Below are positions 13,401 through 21,100 of a DNA stretch of 64,000 bases, piece by piece. Each line of letters opens with the position of its first letter. Position 1 is the stretch's first letter. Made by a program: the position numbers and the translations under genes. Under the pieces are notes generated by a model. That model was not told the DNA's origin, ran no database searches, and saw nothing but the letters and a program-made list of their open reading frames with translations. This DNA is from Deltaproteobacteria bacterium YD0425bin51. Its GTDB lineage: Bacteria; Desulfobacterota; Desulfobacteria; Desulfobacterales; YD0425bin51. The DNA lies in assembly GCA_002753225.1 (NCBI GenBank), contig PDZS01000009.1, positions 16,500 through 80,499 on the forward strand. Direction: 5' to 3'.

Positions 13401-16374
13401 CATCTTTTAAAGATGGAAGGCTTATGGTTTTTAATGATAACTTTGAATTTTCGAGAAATAATGTCTTTGCAAGAGCAGACAACGATCTATATTGCGGTTT
13501 GATTTCGTCATCTTTTTCCTCATAAACATATAGAAACTTAGTTTTATCTTTTAAAATGGATTTTGCTAAATCAAAAATGAAAAAAAAGATTTTTTCATTT
13601 TCATTTGAAGATAAACATATAATATTTTTTTTATCTTTTACAGACTCTAAAAATGTATCATAGTCAGTATTGTCAGATATAATAACAGGTGGTTCTATTT
13701 CACCTTTTAAATTTTCATTATCTTTTTTCTGCCAGACTATTTTAAAATATCTTTTAGAATAATGCTGTTCCATTAGTCTTACAGAAAAATCCTTTATTTT
13801 TATAAGCACTTGCCCAGATTTATCGCAGATATATATATTAAATTTTTTTATGTTTTTACTATCAGAAATATTAACAGCATAGGCATAACATTCTTTGGAT
13901 ATTTTTTTTAATATAATGACTTCACTTATTGAAAAAGGGACATAAGGGCTTTCCGTATTATTTTTACCAATTAAAAAACCTGCTGTCTGCAAAGCTCCAT
14001 CCATAATTGAAGGATGCAAAACAAAATCATTAAAAGTATCATTTATACATAAAGGTAATGACAACTGTGATAGAGACTCCTTTTCATTTGCATATAGAAA
14101 ATCTATTGCTTGAAAAGACTTGCCATAATTTGCTCCCGAATTTTTAAAAAGATTGTATATAGTTTCTTTTTCTCCAATTTTTTCGCATCTCCCTAAAATC
14201 TCTTTAATGTCGATTTGTTCATAAATATTTCTATCTTCATATTCCAATCTGCCTTGAGCATTTACTCCCAAATCTGTAAAAACTTCAAATTCAATTTTTT
14301 CTCCTTTGGGATAAAGTTTTATAAAAATTTCTTTATGCTTATCTAAAAGATTGATTGGCTGTGACCATACAACATTTGTGATTTTTGTAACAGGTTTTTC
14401 CCCTGAAATTTCAGCAGATCCCCTTGCCATTTCAATATATGCAACTCCGGGAAAAGTTTTTTTGCCGGCTATTACATGATCTTTTAGGTAAAACTCTGTT
14501 CCAGTTAATTTTGTTGTAAATTTTTGTTCTTTTAAAGTTGATATATTTTTGTCTAAAAAGGGATGGAGCTTTGAAATTTGAAAAACTTTTTCTTTATTTT
14601 GCTGAATTAAATAAGTCTCCTTTGCAAATGGATAAGTTGGGATAGGAATGCGTCTTGGCCTTTTCTCTTTGTATAATGATTTAAAATCTATATCTTTTCC
14701 AGACATCCAAACTTTAGCAATCTCATGAGTATCATTTATAAAATTTTCTATGTTTTTTATTTTGTCTAAAAGATCAAAAGTATTTGATACAACTATTGCA
14801 AAACGCGAGTCCATTGCCTGTCTGCCAACTTGCAGAGTGTAAGCAAAATCAGATATTTTTATATCTTTTGCATATTTATTAGAAAAAAAAACTTCTATTT
14901 TTTTAAGATAATCGTTAAGCCTTTCTTTATTTTTAGCAGATATCACAATTAAATTATTGCCATCATCTATAAAATCAGACTTATAATTTTCATATTCTTC
15001 TATAACAATGTGAGCATTTGTTCCGCTAAAGCCAAAAGCGCTTACTGCAGCTATTCTATTTGAATTTGAAGGTTTCTTCCAATCACAAAATTGAGTATTT
15101 ACATAAAAAGGGGAGTCTTTAAAATTTATATGTTCATTTGATTTTTCAAAGTTCAACGATGGTACTAGTTTTTTATGTTTTAAGCATAACAAGACCTTTA
15201 TTACGCTTGCAACTCCTGCTGCCGCTAACGTATGACCGATATTAGTTTTTACAGCTCCAATAGCGCAAAATTGTTTTTTATCTGTATATTTCTTAAAAGC
15301 ATCTGTCAAAGCTTGAATTTCAATGGGATCTCCTAATTTTGTACCTGTACCATGCGCTTCAATGTATGTAATTGTCTCAGGGGAGATATTATATCTGCCG
15401 TAAACTTCACATTCCAAATCAGTTTGAGATGGAGCGCTAGGCGCTGTAATTCCATTTGTTTTTCCATCCTGATTTATACCAGATCCCTTAATTACTCCAT
15501 ATATATAATCTGAATCTTTGATTGCATAATCCAATTTCTTTAAGACAATTACTCCAACACCTTCACCAGGAACAAAACCATCTGCTTTATTATCAAATGT
15601 CTTACATCTTCCGTCAGAAGATAACATTCCAATTCCTGCTGACATCATATGGAATTGAGGGGTATTCATTACTTGAACACCGCCGGCTATTGCTATTTCA
15701 CATGTGCCGGACAATATGCTTTCACATGCCATATGAATTGAGACTAAAGATGACGAACATGCTGTATTTATGGCAACACTTGGCCCTTTTAAATTTAAAA
15801 AATATGAAATTCGGGCAGGTAGAATAGGGGCTGCATTTCCTGTAAAGGAATAAGTTTCAAAAGGATTTTCACTTTGCTGAAGGACAACAGGGTAATCAAT
15901 AAAATTATATCCAACAAAAACACCGCATTTTTTCCCATCTAAATCTTTAGGTATATATCCAGCATCTTCTATTGCGTGCCATGCTTCCTGAAGGAAAAGT
16001 CTTTGCTGAGGATCCATATATTCAGCTTCTTTAGGAGATATTCCAAAAAATAGAGGATCAAATTCATAAACATCTGAGAGAAATGCCCCCCACTTGTAAT
16101 AGATCTCTTTTGTTTCCCATCTATAACTTGGAACTTCTCTTATAGATTTTTTAGCACAAGATAAATTTTCCCAGAATTCGTCAAGATTTGATGCGTCTGG
16201 AAACCTTCCAGATATGCCAATAATTGCAATATTTATATTTTTAGAATCGACTGGTACAGACTTTTTTTTTTGTTCCTCGTGGAACTTTTTAATTAATCTT
16301 AAACCTTCTTGAGCTGTAATTTCTTCGTTTTTTATTTTCCTTAAGATATCTTTTCGAGTTAGATTTTCTGGCAT
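4441..16374 (-). CDS. trans-AT type I PKS: DD-KS-DH-KR-ACP-KS-KR-ACP-KS-KR-cMT-ACP-DD
   Basis: 3x TACSSS/HGTGT/NIGH; DH HVIAGKKTFP; 3x GGxGxxG KR; LEIGAGTGG MT; ACPs GFDSI, GFDSI, GVDSI; no AT (GHSxG) seen. Confidence 0.93.
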   Translation of the reverse strand: MPENLTRKDILRKIKNEEITAQEGLRLIKKFHEEQKKKSVPVDSKNINIAIIGISGRFPDASNLDEFWENLSCAKKSIREVPSYRWETKEIYYKWGAFLSDVYEFDPLFFGISPKEAEYMDPQQRLFLQEAWHAIEDAGYIPKDLDGKKCGVFVGYNFIDYPVVLQQSENPFETYSFTGNAAPILPARISYFLNLKGPSVAINTACSSSLVSIHMACESILSGTCEIAIAGGVQVMNTPQFHMMSAGIGMLSSDGRCKTFDNKADGFVPGEGVGVIVLKKLDYAIKDSDYIYGVIKGSGINQDGKTNGITAPSAPSQTDLECEVYGRYNISPETITYIEAHGTGTKLGDPIEIQALTDAFKKYTDKKQFCAIGAVKTNIGHTLAAAGVASVIKVLLCLKHKKLVPSLNFEKSNEHINFKDSPFYVNTQFCDWKKPSNSNRIAAVSAFGFSGTNAHIVIEEYENYKSDFIDDGNNLIVISAKNKERLNDYLKKIEVFFSNKYAKDIKISDFAYTLQVGRQAMDSRFAIVVSNTFDLLDKIKNIENFINDTHEIAKVWMSGKDIDFKSLYKEKRPRRIPIPTYPFAKETYLIQQNKEKVFQISKLHPFLDKNISTLKEQKFTTKLTGTEFYLKDHVIAGKKTFPGVAYIEMARGSAEISGEKPVTKITNVVWSQPINLLDKHKEIFIKLYPKGEKIEFEVFTDLGVNAQGRLEYEDRNIYEQIDIKEILGRCEKIGEKETIYNLFKNSGANYGKSFQAIDFLYANEKESLSQLSLPLCINDTFNDFVLHPSIMDGALQTAGFLIGKNNTESPYVPFSISEVIILKKISKECYAYAVNISDSKNIKKFNIYICDKSGQVLIKIKDFSVRLMEQHYSKRYFKIVWQKKDNENLKGEIEPPVIISDNTDYDTFLESVKDKKNIICLSSNENEKIFFFIFDLAKSILKDKTKFLYVYEEKDDEIKPQYRSLSALAKTLFLENSKLSLKTISLPSLKDAPSIVLQEFHINDSVEIRYKDGQRYIREIEEFEPSKDIKNLLKEEGVYLITGGASGIGLVFANYLASKIGAHVIICGRSPLNKTFDHNITYIQSDVSKRDDVFKLIYEIKEKFKSINGIIHSAGIIKDGYIQNKTKEEVEAVFAPKISGTIYLDEATKDENLDFFVLFSSISAITGNAGQSDYAYANSFMDNFADYRKIQNRHGKTISINWSLWKDGGMKVDSETEKLLFKRTGIKTISHKEGIETFLIALSEQYSQIMMIKGSFEKTTISNRTPVFLDSHFRGNDVIPAEVGIHFAGKLVDGYLTDGNAEGILAKVYKDLFKIISEILKIHEKDININEDISEYGFDSISFTKFANRLNEKYDLEITPVLFFEHKSIKDFSKFLCDSYLETLLKYYKIAKEIEVPKLTPRFNMQIKRFVENESVYPVAIIGVSCVMPKSPDLYSFFKNLEAGANMVSLIPKDRWDFEAIYGDPATNPNKTWAKWGGFMPDVDKFDCKFFSISPREAELMDPQQRLFLETVWKTIEDAGYSPKSLSGSKTGIFVGVAANDYAELISKSLDEIEPYTSTGMAHSVLANRISYILNFHGPSEPIDTACSSSLVAIHRAIEAIRSGSCDMAIAGGVNTILTPTLSIAFSRAGMLSKDGKCKTFDKDADGYVRGEGVGAIFLKPLHKAEEDGDYIYGVIRGTAENHGGHTASLTAPNPKAQAEVLISAFNKSGITPDQITYIEAHGTGTSLGDPIEISGLKMAFKGASKSNFCGLGSVKTNIGHLETSAGIAGVIKVLISMKYHKLFPNIHFKELNPYIDIKNTPFYIIKETMDWESPRIAGVSSFGFGGSNAHVVIEEYENQIPDFEDSESLILLSAKDSERLREYAINFLEFLKKDEEFSLKSISYTLQVGRDEMEERISIIVRSLDELKEKLNKYVNREKDIDNFYSGNVKKNKTEIILEGDEGKAFLNVILKKKDLDKIGKLWVSGVSIDWKILYSNELPKRVPLPTYPFARERYWYSGSGFKTENKGNINFLKPVWGKSKKIACEDYSDPIVFFDTDDKRVNSNGILVKPGKEFIKLSDNLYEINQDSEEDYKKLFLNIPNAKAIVHLWSLGKDGSLGNTIYSVYHIIKNIEACRFLFVSDDNSPFKDAVSGYSKSLALVLPNIKFSTLKVETDIDILNIIKKELTLNDNEVMYKNGERFTLNISNIKIEGKKTLPIKHEGVYLITGGAGGLGKIFADFLAKKYRAKIILTGRSKKEVEGDFLYFQTDVSDINGMSDVIKKTKEKFGRIDGVIHSAGISSKIPVTKKGFYDFEATLKPKVHGTIVLDEVTKNELLDFFVLFSSTSSILGDFGQCDYAVANRFLDGFAKMREELRIKGERQGVAVSINWHLWREGGLHMDMEAEEIYLKKSGMSYLETDQGTSSFEDILKSNYSQVMVTSIGHIPLDSRFRGNDVIPAKTGIHYSGKLVNAYSTKDMDILNIAASILKVSPKSIDPNENLGSFGFDSIALKMFAERLSQNYKTEITPSIFFAHSNIKSLCKYLNENDIETATDTYKEIASENEDIAVIGMDGIFPNSKNLMDFFRHLELEHDLITEIPKERWDLDYQSIYKWGGFISDVDKFDPSFFKISLAEAEMMDPQHRLFLQSVWKGVEDAGYKASDLSGKQIGIFVGVQFNDYQHILMFHNKSSALAATGTSNAMLANRVSYIMDWHGPSEVIDTACSSSLIAVHRAVSAIKNRECDMAVAGGVSLMLSPGTMISAGKLGVLSPDGRCKTFDKSANGYVKGEGVGVIVLKSLDRAKKDNDFIYATIKGSAVNHGGKAASLTAPNYDAQSALLISAYKKGGVDVETVSYLELHGTGTELGDPVEVEGIKKAFRLCKKEKFCGIGSVKTNIGHLEPASGIAGIMKVILSLQYGKLPGTLHLKTLNPNIKLENTPFYIVDKTKVWERLIDEKGNLIPRRAGISSFGFGGANCHVVLEEYENITENISSNPCLIIISAKNKDRLQDYAKEFIEFLDKKEISLENIAYTLQMGRNSMEHRIAMVVSSIDELKVKLEKYIKGKDYIENFYEGNIETSKLKAELLLEGEEGSEFIKIIFKDRKLNKLAHLWVVGVEIDWELLYQDKKPRRIPIPTYPFAKERHWIKESLKKEPKIENPDLDFFYKPSLKYYKSNSSDKKNILILSSQNFEIEKSKIEESDTIHYLDNDFDAESFEQKALTLFRIIKLIKNPIELKIITDNPFSLYGFSRAIENEYPKINVSFMDKKFRPYRLVFEKIKIPKAYKMPFKTNGVYLILGGTGNIGFKLSKYLGKEFKANLIWIGRRELNEDIDKKIKNVSELGGNVIYLTADANDFESIKYGVNKGKEKFGKIDGAIHAAIIPHANLIAEMDEETFRFVMSPKVKGSMVLYKAIEKENLDFLLFFSSSQSFIGDRGLSHYAFGCGFKDSFAMYLNQKLPYPVISINWGYWDNDNGEQKKLVQKMGFIPIKTEEGIDAICRILSHRVQHVMPLKAQKILLDRINIAKNSLIELYPETIPSFLSKVKNLFELPDIDAPLKSPFDDLNKLCGYYLVDIFKENKDLNVIPIYKRLYEKILEILKQSENCNVYEKKEEIINNYPEMLPYVRLLSVCMDNLCEILTGKRKSVEVIFPNSSTDLVESVYRENKSADFLNNMVAQTVKQYIEFRGFDKINILEIGAGTGGTSSFVLDLIKTNKDVNYIYTDISLSFLNYAKKTFKDYPFVKFELLNIEKDIKEQNYNYGSFDIVIAANVIHATKNIRNTLQNAKSLLKRNGVMILNEATSITNFTSLTFGLLEGWWMFDDEEDRLKGGPLLSLDMWKKILFEEGFNNVLCLNESIPNSLAHIITSESNGETRHKKTFLVKEKKKQINNRVNIEEKITESLTQVLKNQDFDINTPYTDFGVDSILAVEIINIINEKIGTNLRITDLFNYPTIQKLTEHITCQNSFVFEEGKDDLMLNVISRLKDGVINVDEAYNSIYLL
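9013..9100. mobile_element. Degenerate copy of 107-bp palindromic element, in frame in PKS KR-ACP linker
   Basis: Core GGAATGACGTCATTCCCGCGAAAGCGGGAATCC; encodes LDSRFRGNDVIPAKTGIHYSGKLVNAY; right end eroded. Confidence 0.8.
12487..12593. mobile_element. 107-bp palindromic MITE-like element, in frame in PKS KR-ACP linker
   Basis: Ends TAAGTAACC/GGTTACTTA; head-to-head REP core centred on TGACGTCA; 105 bp plus one TA = 35 codons. Confidence 0.88.
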
Positions 16375-16377
16375 AAT

Positions 16378-17058
16378 TTATCCCGCAATTTCAGTAATAA
16401 TAGATAACAAAATATTCTTACAATTTAACTTATGAAACTCTTTTATAGAATTATTAACATATTTTATCTTTTCTAACAGTTTTATGGGAAAGGTTTCAAA
16501 TCTAACTATTAATTCTTCAACAGCAAACTCTTGTTTTAAAATAGCCATATCAAAAGCCTTCTTCCAATCTTTATATCCTTGTTTATACGCCTCTAAAATA
16601 TCGGCTATATCTTTCGGCTCATCTCTATTTAAAATAGCTCCAAACTTATTTGAAATAATCTCATTTATAGTATCTATTTTATATCCATTTATGAAATTAG
16701 GTTTTTCGATACGTTGTGTATAGTCATTAACAAAATCTATTTGTAGTATGCTTTCTTTTTCTTTGAATAATACTCTAATAAAGTCTTTGCTTTCGACTGT
16801 TTTATCAAAGATAATTTCTTTTCCCTTTGAAATCTCTATAAACTCCTTAAATTCCGATTTAAAAAAAATGCTTTTATTAGCAAAAATATCTAAGTCATCG
16901 CTGTATCTATGATAATAATTGTGAAATCTTGTTAAAGCTGTTCCTCCTGTTAAGTAAAATAAGTTATCAAAAGAAAAAATAATATCCAGCACTTTATCTT
17001 GAAAAATATAGAGGTTATTGTAATAGCCAGCGTAATCGTTTGGGAGCATTCTCTTCAC
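16378..17058 (-). CDS. AbiEii/AbiGii-family nucleotidyltransferase toxin
   Basis: YLTGGTAL..HRYSDDLD and NK..A..R..PKD..D motifs; alternative start ATG 17049. Confidence 0.85.
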   Translation of the reverse strand: MKRMLPNDYAGYYNNLYIFQDKVLDIIFSFDNLFYLTGGTALTRFHNYYHRYSDDLDIFANKSIFFKSEFKEFIEISKGKEIIFDKTVESKDFIRVLFKEKESILQIDFVNDYTQRIEKPNFINGYKIDTINEIISNKFGAILNRDEPKDIADILEAYKQGYKDWKKAFDMAILKQEFAVEELIVRFETFPIKLLEKIKYVNNSIKEFHKLNCKNILLSIITEIAG

Positions 17059-17341
17059 CTAAATAATAATTCCTAAGGGATATTAACCTGATATTTTGAA
17101 ATTCATATTTAAAGAATCCATTTGGTATTTTTGCAAGCATTTCTTTTAGCTCATTTTCACTAAAAATCTTTACTGCTTTAAAAAAAAATTTATGATTTAT
17201 GATTATTTTTTTAAATAAATATAACTTTTCAGTTTTTGTTCCGCTTAAAATAATGTCTTCTATATCTTTAATACTATAGTCATAGTCCCAAAAGCACTGA
17301 CTTAAAATATCGTTTAAATTAATTTCCCCCATAGCGTCCAT
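17015..17341 (-). CDS. Putative cognate antitoxin (FWDY-type small protein)
   Basis: Small ORF with CFWDYD, upstream of and overlapping the AbiEii-type toxin. Confidence 0.65.
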   Translation of the reverse strand: MDAMGEINLNDILSQCFWDYDYSIKDIEDIILSGTKTEKLYLFKKIIINHKFFFKAVKIFSENELKEMLAKIPNGFFKYEFQNIRLISLRNYYLGEENAPKRLRWLLQ

Positions 17342-17355
17342 AACTTTTTAAGTTA

Positions 17356-17703
17356 TTAATAATTATATAGTTTTTGAATTTGCTCAAGCTTATCTCTTAA
17401 TGGTTTTACCATCTTTTCAAACTGCTCATTAGATAGAATACCCTGCCGATATAGATTTTCCAAGAGTGTTATCTCTCCCCTTACCTCTCCTTTTGCTTCT
17501 CCTCGTGCTTCTCCCTTTGCTTTTCCTCGTGCTTCTCCCTTTGCTTTTCCTCGTGCTTCTCCTTCAATGAGACCTTGATTATAAATATGCTCTGAAATAG
17601 TAGTTTCAACAAATTCCATATTTACCTCCTTTTTTATATTATTTAAGGTTTCTTCTGATAATTTGCTGTACATCTCTGACCATCGATTTATCAAAATAAC
17701 CAT
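17356..17703 (-). pseudogene. C-terminal fragment of an Rpn/DUF4351-like protein
   Basis: GLIEGEARGKAKGEARG tail typical of Rpn-type proteins; no N-terminal nuclease domain. Confidence 0.5.
17477..17563. repeat. 12/24-bp coding tandem repeat (GEAR/GKAK)
   Basis: Repeated cctcgtgcttctccctttgctttt units. Confidence 0.8.
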
Positions 17704-17754
17704 TTAACCAATGCGTCATGTGTTTTAGGATTTATTTTCAATTATCCCTCCTAT

Positions 17755-18195
17755 TTACGATACTTCTCTATGGACAGCAATTAAAGCTATTACCTCCCCT
17801 TCTTTTATGATAGGCATGGGGTTCATTTCTGCTTTAATAAAAGTTTTATCTTTTTTAATATATTCTACTTTTATTAGTTTTGGGATACTCATACTCTCAA
17901 TATAATTTGCAAGATCATTAAAAATTTCGTCTGCTTTTTCTTTAATAATAATTTCTTTTATGTTTTTGCCAATTATATCATTGCTGTTTTCATACCCAAG
18001 CATCTTTGCGAAAGCTATATTTGTAAAAGCTATAGTGCCGTTAGGAGTTATAATTGTCAGTCCATCATTAGTTTCATTTACAAAATTTCTAAAAATCCGT
18101 TCTGATTCTATATATGCTTTTAATTCATCCACTTTTCTTTCTAATTTCTTAAATTCTTTAATTAAATATCTAATAGCATTATGTTCATTTATCAT
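17755..18195 (-). CDS. Stand-alone PAS domain protein with N-terminal coiled coil
   Basis: SERIFRNFVNETNDG, N.AFAKMLGY, IIGKN; ATG overlaps the PKS stop (ATGA). Confidence 0.8.
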   Translation of the reverse strand: MINEHNAIRYLIKEFKKLERKVDELKAYIESERIFRNFVNETNDGLTIITPNGTIAFTNIAFAKMLGYENSNDIIGKNIKEIIIKEKADEIFNDLANYIESMSIPKLIKVEYIKKDKTFIKAEMNPMPIIKEGEVIALIAVHREVS

Positions 18196-21100
18196 ACCAT
18201 CTCCTCTTCTATTAGTTGGTCAGCCTCATAAATATCTAGCTCCCCTACTTTTAAACGGTCAATAATGTTTAAAATAATACGGTCTTCATCATTATGCTTA
18301 ATTTCTCCAGAAAAATTATTTGTTATATGATCTTTTAACTTTAAAATTGTTGGATAATTAAATAAATCAGTTGTTCTTAAATTTAAATTAAGTTTTTCAT
18401 TAATTTCGTTTATAATTTCAACTGCAAGTATTGAATCAACGCCAAATTCTGTGTAGGAAGTATCTGTGGTTATATTCTCTCTATCAACTTTAAGAACTGA
18501 AACTAAAATATCTATTATCTTTTCAGCTATATCTTGATTTAGTTTTTTTTCTATGCTCCTTTTATTTTCCTTTAGTTTTCTTATCTCTCCATTGCTTTCA
18601 GCAATTATTACATTTTGAGGACTTGCATAGTTATTAATTAAATCAATAACATGATCAAAACCCTCTTCATAAAGAACTCTTTTCCACATTTCAGTAGAAA
18701 GAAGCGGACTCCCTTTTATACGATATTCTTCATCTTCAAACAACCACCATCCATCCAAAAGACCAAATGTAAGGGTAGAAAACTCCATGACAGAAGTAAT
18801 TTCATTTATAACCATCCAGCCGTTCGCTTTTAAAAGTGTTTTAAGGTTTCTAACAGCATTTTTTATACTTTTTGTTGCATGAATCACATTTGAAGCAATA
18901 ATAATATCAAAGGCTCCATTTTCATATCCTTGAGATAAAGGATCAGTCTCTATATCAAAAGTGTTAAATTCAACAAAAGAATATTTACCATAATTTTTTT
19001 CCCCATATAAAATAAAACTTTTGGAAATATCAGTATAAACATAATGAATATTTTCACCGTGCTTAGAAATAGCAGAAAGAAGCGTTGCACTTGTTCCGCC
19101 TGTTCCTGCTCCTACTTCTAAAATATAAATTTTTTCATCCCCTGATTCCCTTGTCTTTATATAAGAAATTACTCCAGCTAACACTAAGTTATTAAAAAAA
19201 TCTGCAGTAATATTTCCCTTGTAGACATTTTCAACTAATTCCATAGATGAATTTGGGAACATAATATCTGTTGCAGGAATCTTACCTGTTAGAATTTGAG
19301 GATAATTTTTAAGGCATGTCCATAAAAGCTTTACATAAGCTGAGATTTCAGGGAAATCGTTTATAAGTTTATCTTTTTTTTCATCTAAGTTTTCATATTC
19401 GCTATATTTAAAATCAGCTAAAATATCTTCTAAAGCCCTATAAAGCTTATTATAGCTCGGTATTATATCCTCTTTAGAAATCTTGCTAAAAACCTCAAAT
19501 AAAAGTGACTTTCCAAATAGATTCATCTCATAAAAAGAATTAGATGGATTATTATCTAAATTTATAACAGGGAACTCAATTTTAGATAGCGCTTCCTGAA
19601 AAACTGAAGGCCTATTTTCAGGGTAAGTTTCTATTTGGTAACTATTATTTATCCCCATTTTAGATAAAATGTCATCACTCGCCTTAAAAGCCATAATTTG
19701 TCTAACTCTTCCTGTTAGAATCTTTGAAATAGCATCTATTCCTTCTTGTAGAGAAATTGACTGAACACCCTGGCTAAGCAGCCGATTCTTATGGTTATTA
19801 TCTGATACTATTCCAACATCGCCAAAGTAGCCCCAATTAATTATTTTGACAGGATAAGGAGCAACATTTTGTAGATGAAGAGCGAAAGAGTCTTTAAAAG
19901 TACAGGCTGCAGCATAATTAGCCTGTCCCATATTTGCTGTAAATGACTGGGCAGAGGAAAAAAAGATCATAAAATCAAGAGGCTCGTCTTTAAAGATTTT
20001 AGCTAAAACTACGCTGCCATTAACTTTAGGAGACAACACATCTTTTAGAGTATCTTCGTCCATATTATATATTGCTTTGTCTTTCAAAACAATTGCAGAG
20101 TGAATAACTCCATTAATTTTTCCAAAAGCTTTTTTTGCTGTTTGAAAAGCTGTATTCATTGATTCAAAATCAGACCCGTCTGAAGAAATATATAAAACCT
20201 CTCCACCTAATTTTTCAATTTCTAATATTTTCTCTTTAAGACTCTCATTTATCTTTTTCCTGCCAATTAGAACTAATTTAGCCTGAAAATTTTTTGATAA
20301 ATATTTAGAAAATTCAACCCCAATCCCTCCAGCTCCGCCAAGGATAAAATAAACTCCCTGTTTTTTAAAAGCTGGATAATTAGATCTTGGGATGTTAATT
20401 GTCTCTAAAATTCTTATATAAGGTTTACCATATCTTATGGCAGCCTCTTCAATGTTGTCATAACTTAGCTTTTTAATTATTGGGGCTATAACTTTAATAT
20501 CTTTTAAAGTTATATCAATATATTTTGCGGATAATTTCCTATATTCTTTTGCAATTACACGGGTTAATCCCTGCAGACTCCCAGAAAAAGAAAAACCGAC
20601 ATCCTCTTCTGTGACCTTATGGACATCGTTTGTTATAACTATAAGCTTAGGATTAAATGCCTCTATTGCTTTTACGAGTCTAAATAAAGATAATATACCT
20701 TTTTCTTGGCTTTCTTTAAGCTCATCTAAATCATAAATATCTATTTCCTTTTCTTTAATCCCTCCTAAAAAATAAATAATATCAATATGACCAATTTTAT
20801 TTATAAAAACATCTATATCCTCTTCATTTAGAACAAGCTCAAAGACTTCATCGTTTGAGTAATTTTCTGATATTACAGTCTTCAGCTTCAAACAATCTTT
20901 TGGATAAATGATTAAGACTCTATTTTTAACTTTTAACTCTGGATGGGGTTTAAAATCGTATGGGAACCATGTTGGTTTATAAAAAAAATTACAAATATTA
21001 TCGTCAGTCTCTTTCTTTTTCGTAGTTGAATCAAACCAGTAGCTCTTTTTTTCAAATGGATAAGTAGGAAGATGGATCCGTCTTGTTTTTTGCCCTTTAT

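Noticed and set aside
4775-15827. Short plus-strand ORFs inside the PKS (and similar ones inside MCP, kinase and flx genes)
   Set aside because: Antisense or alternate-frame shadows of long genes, with no recognisable motifs.
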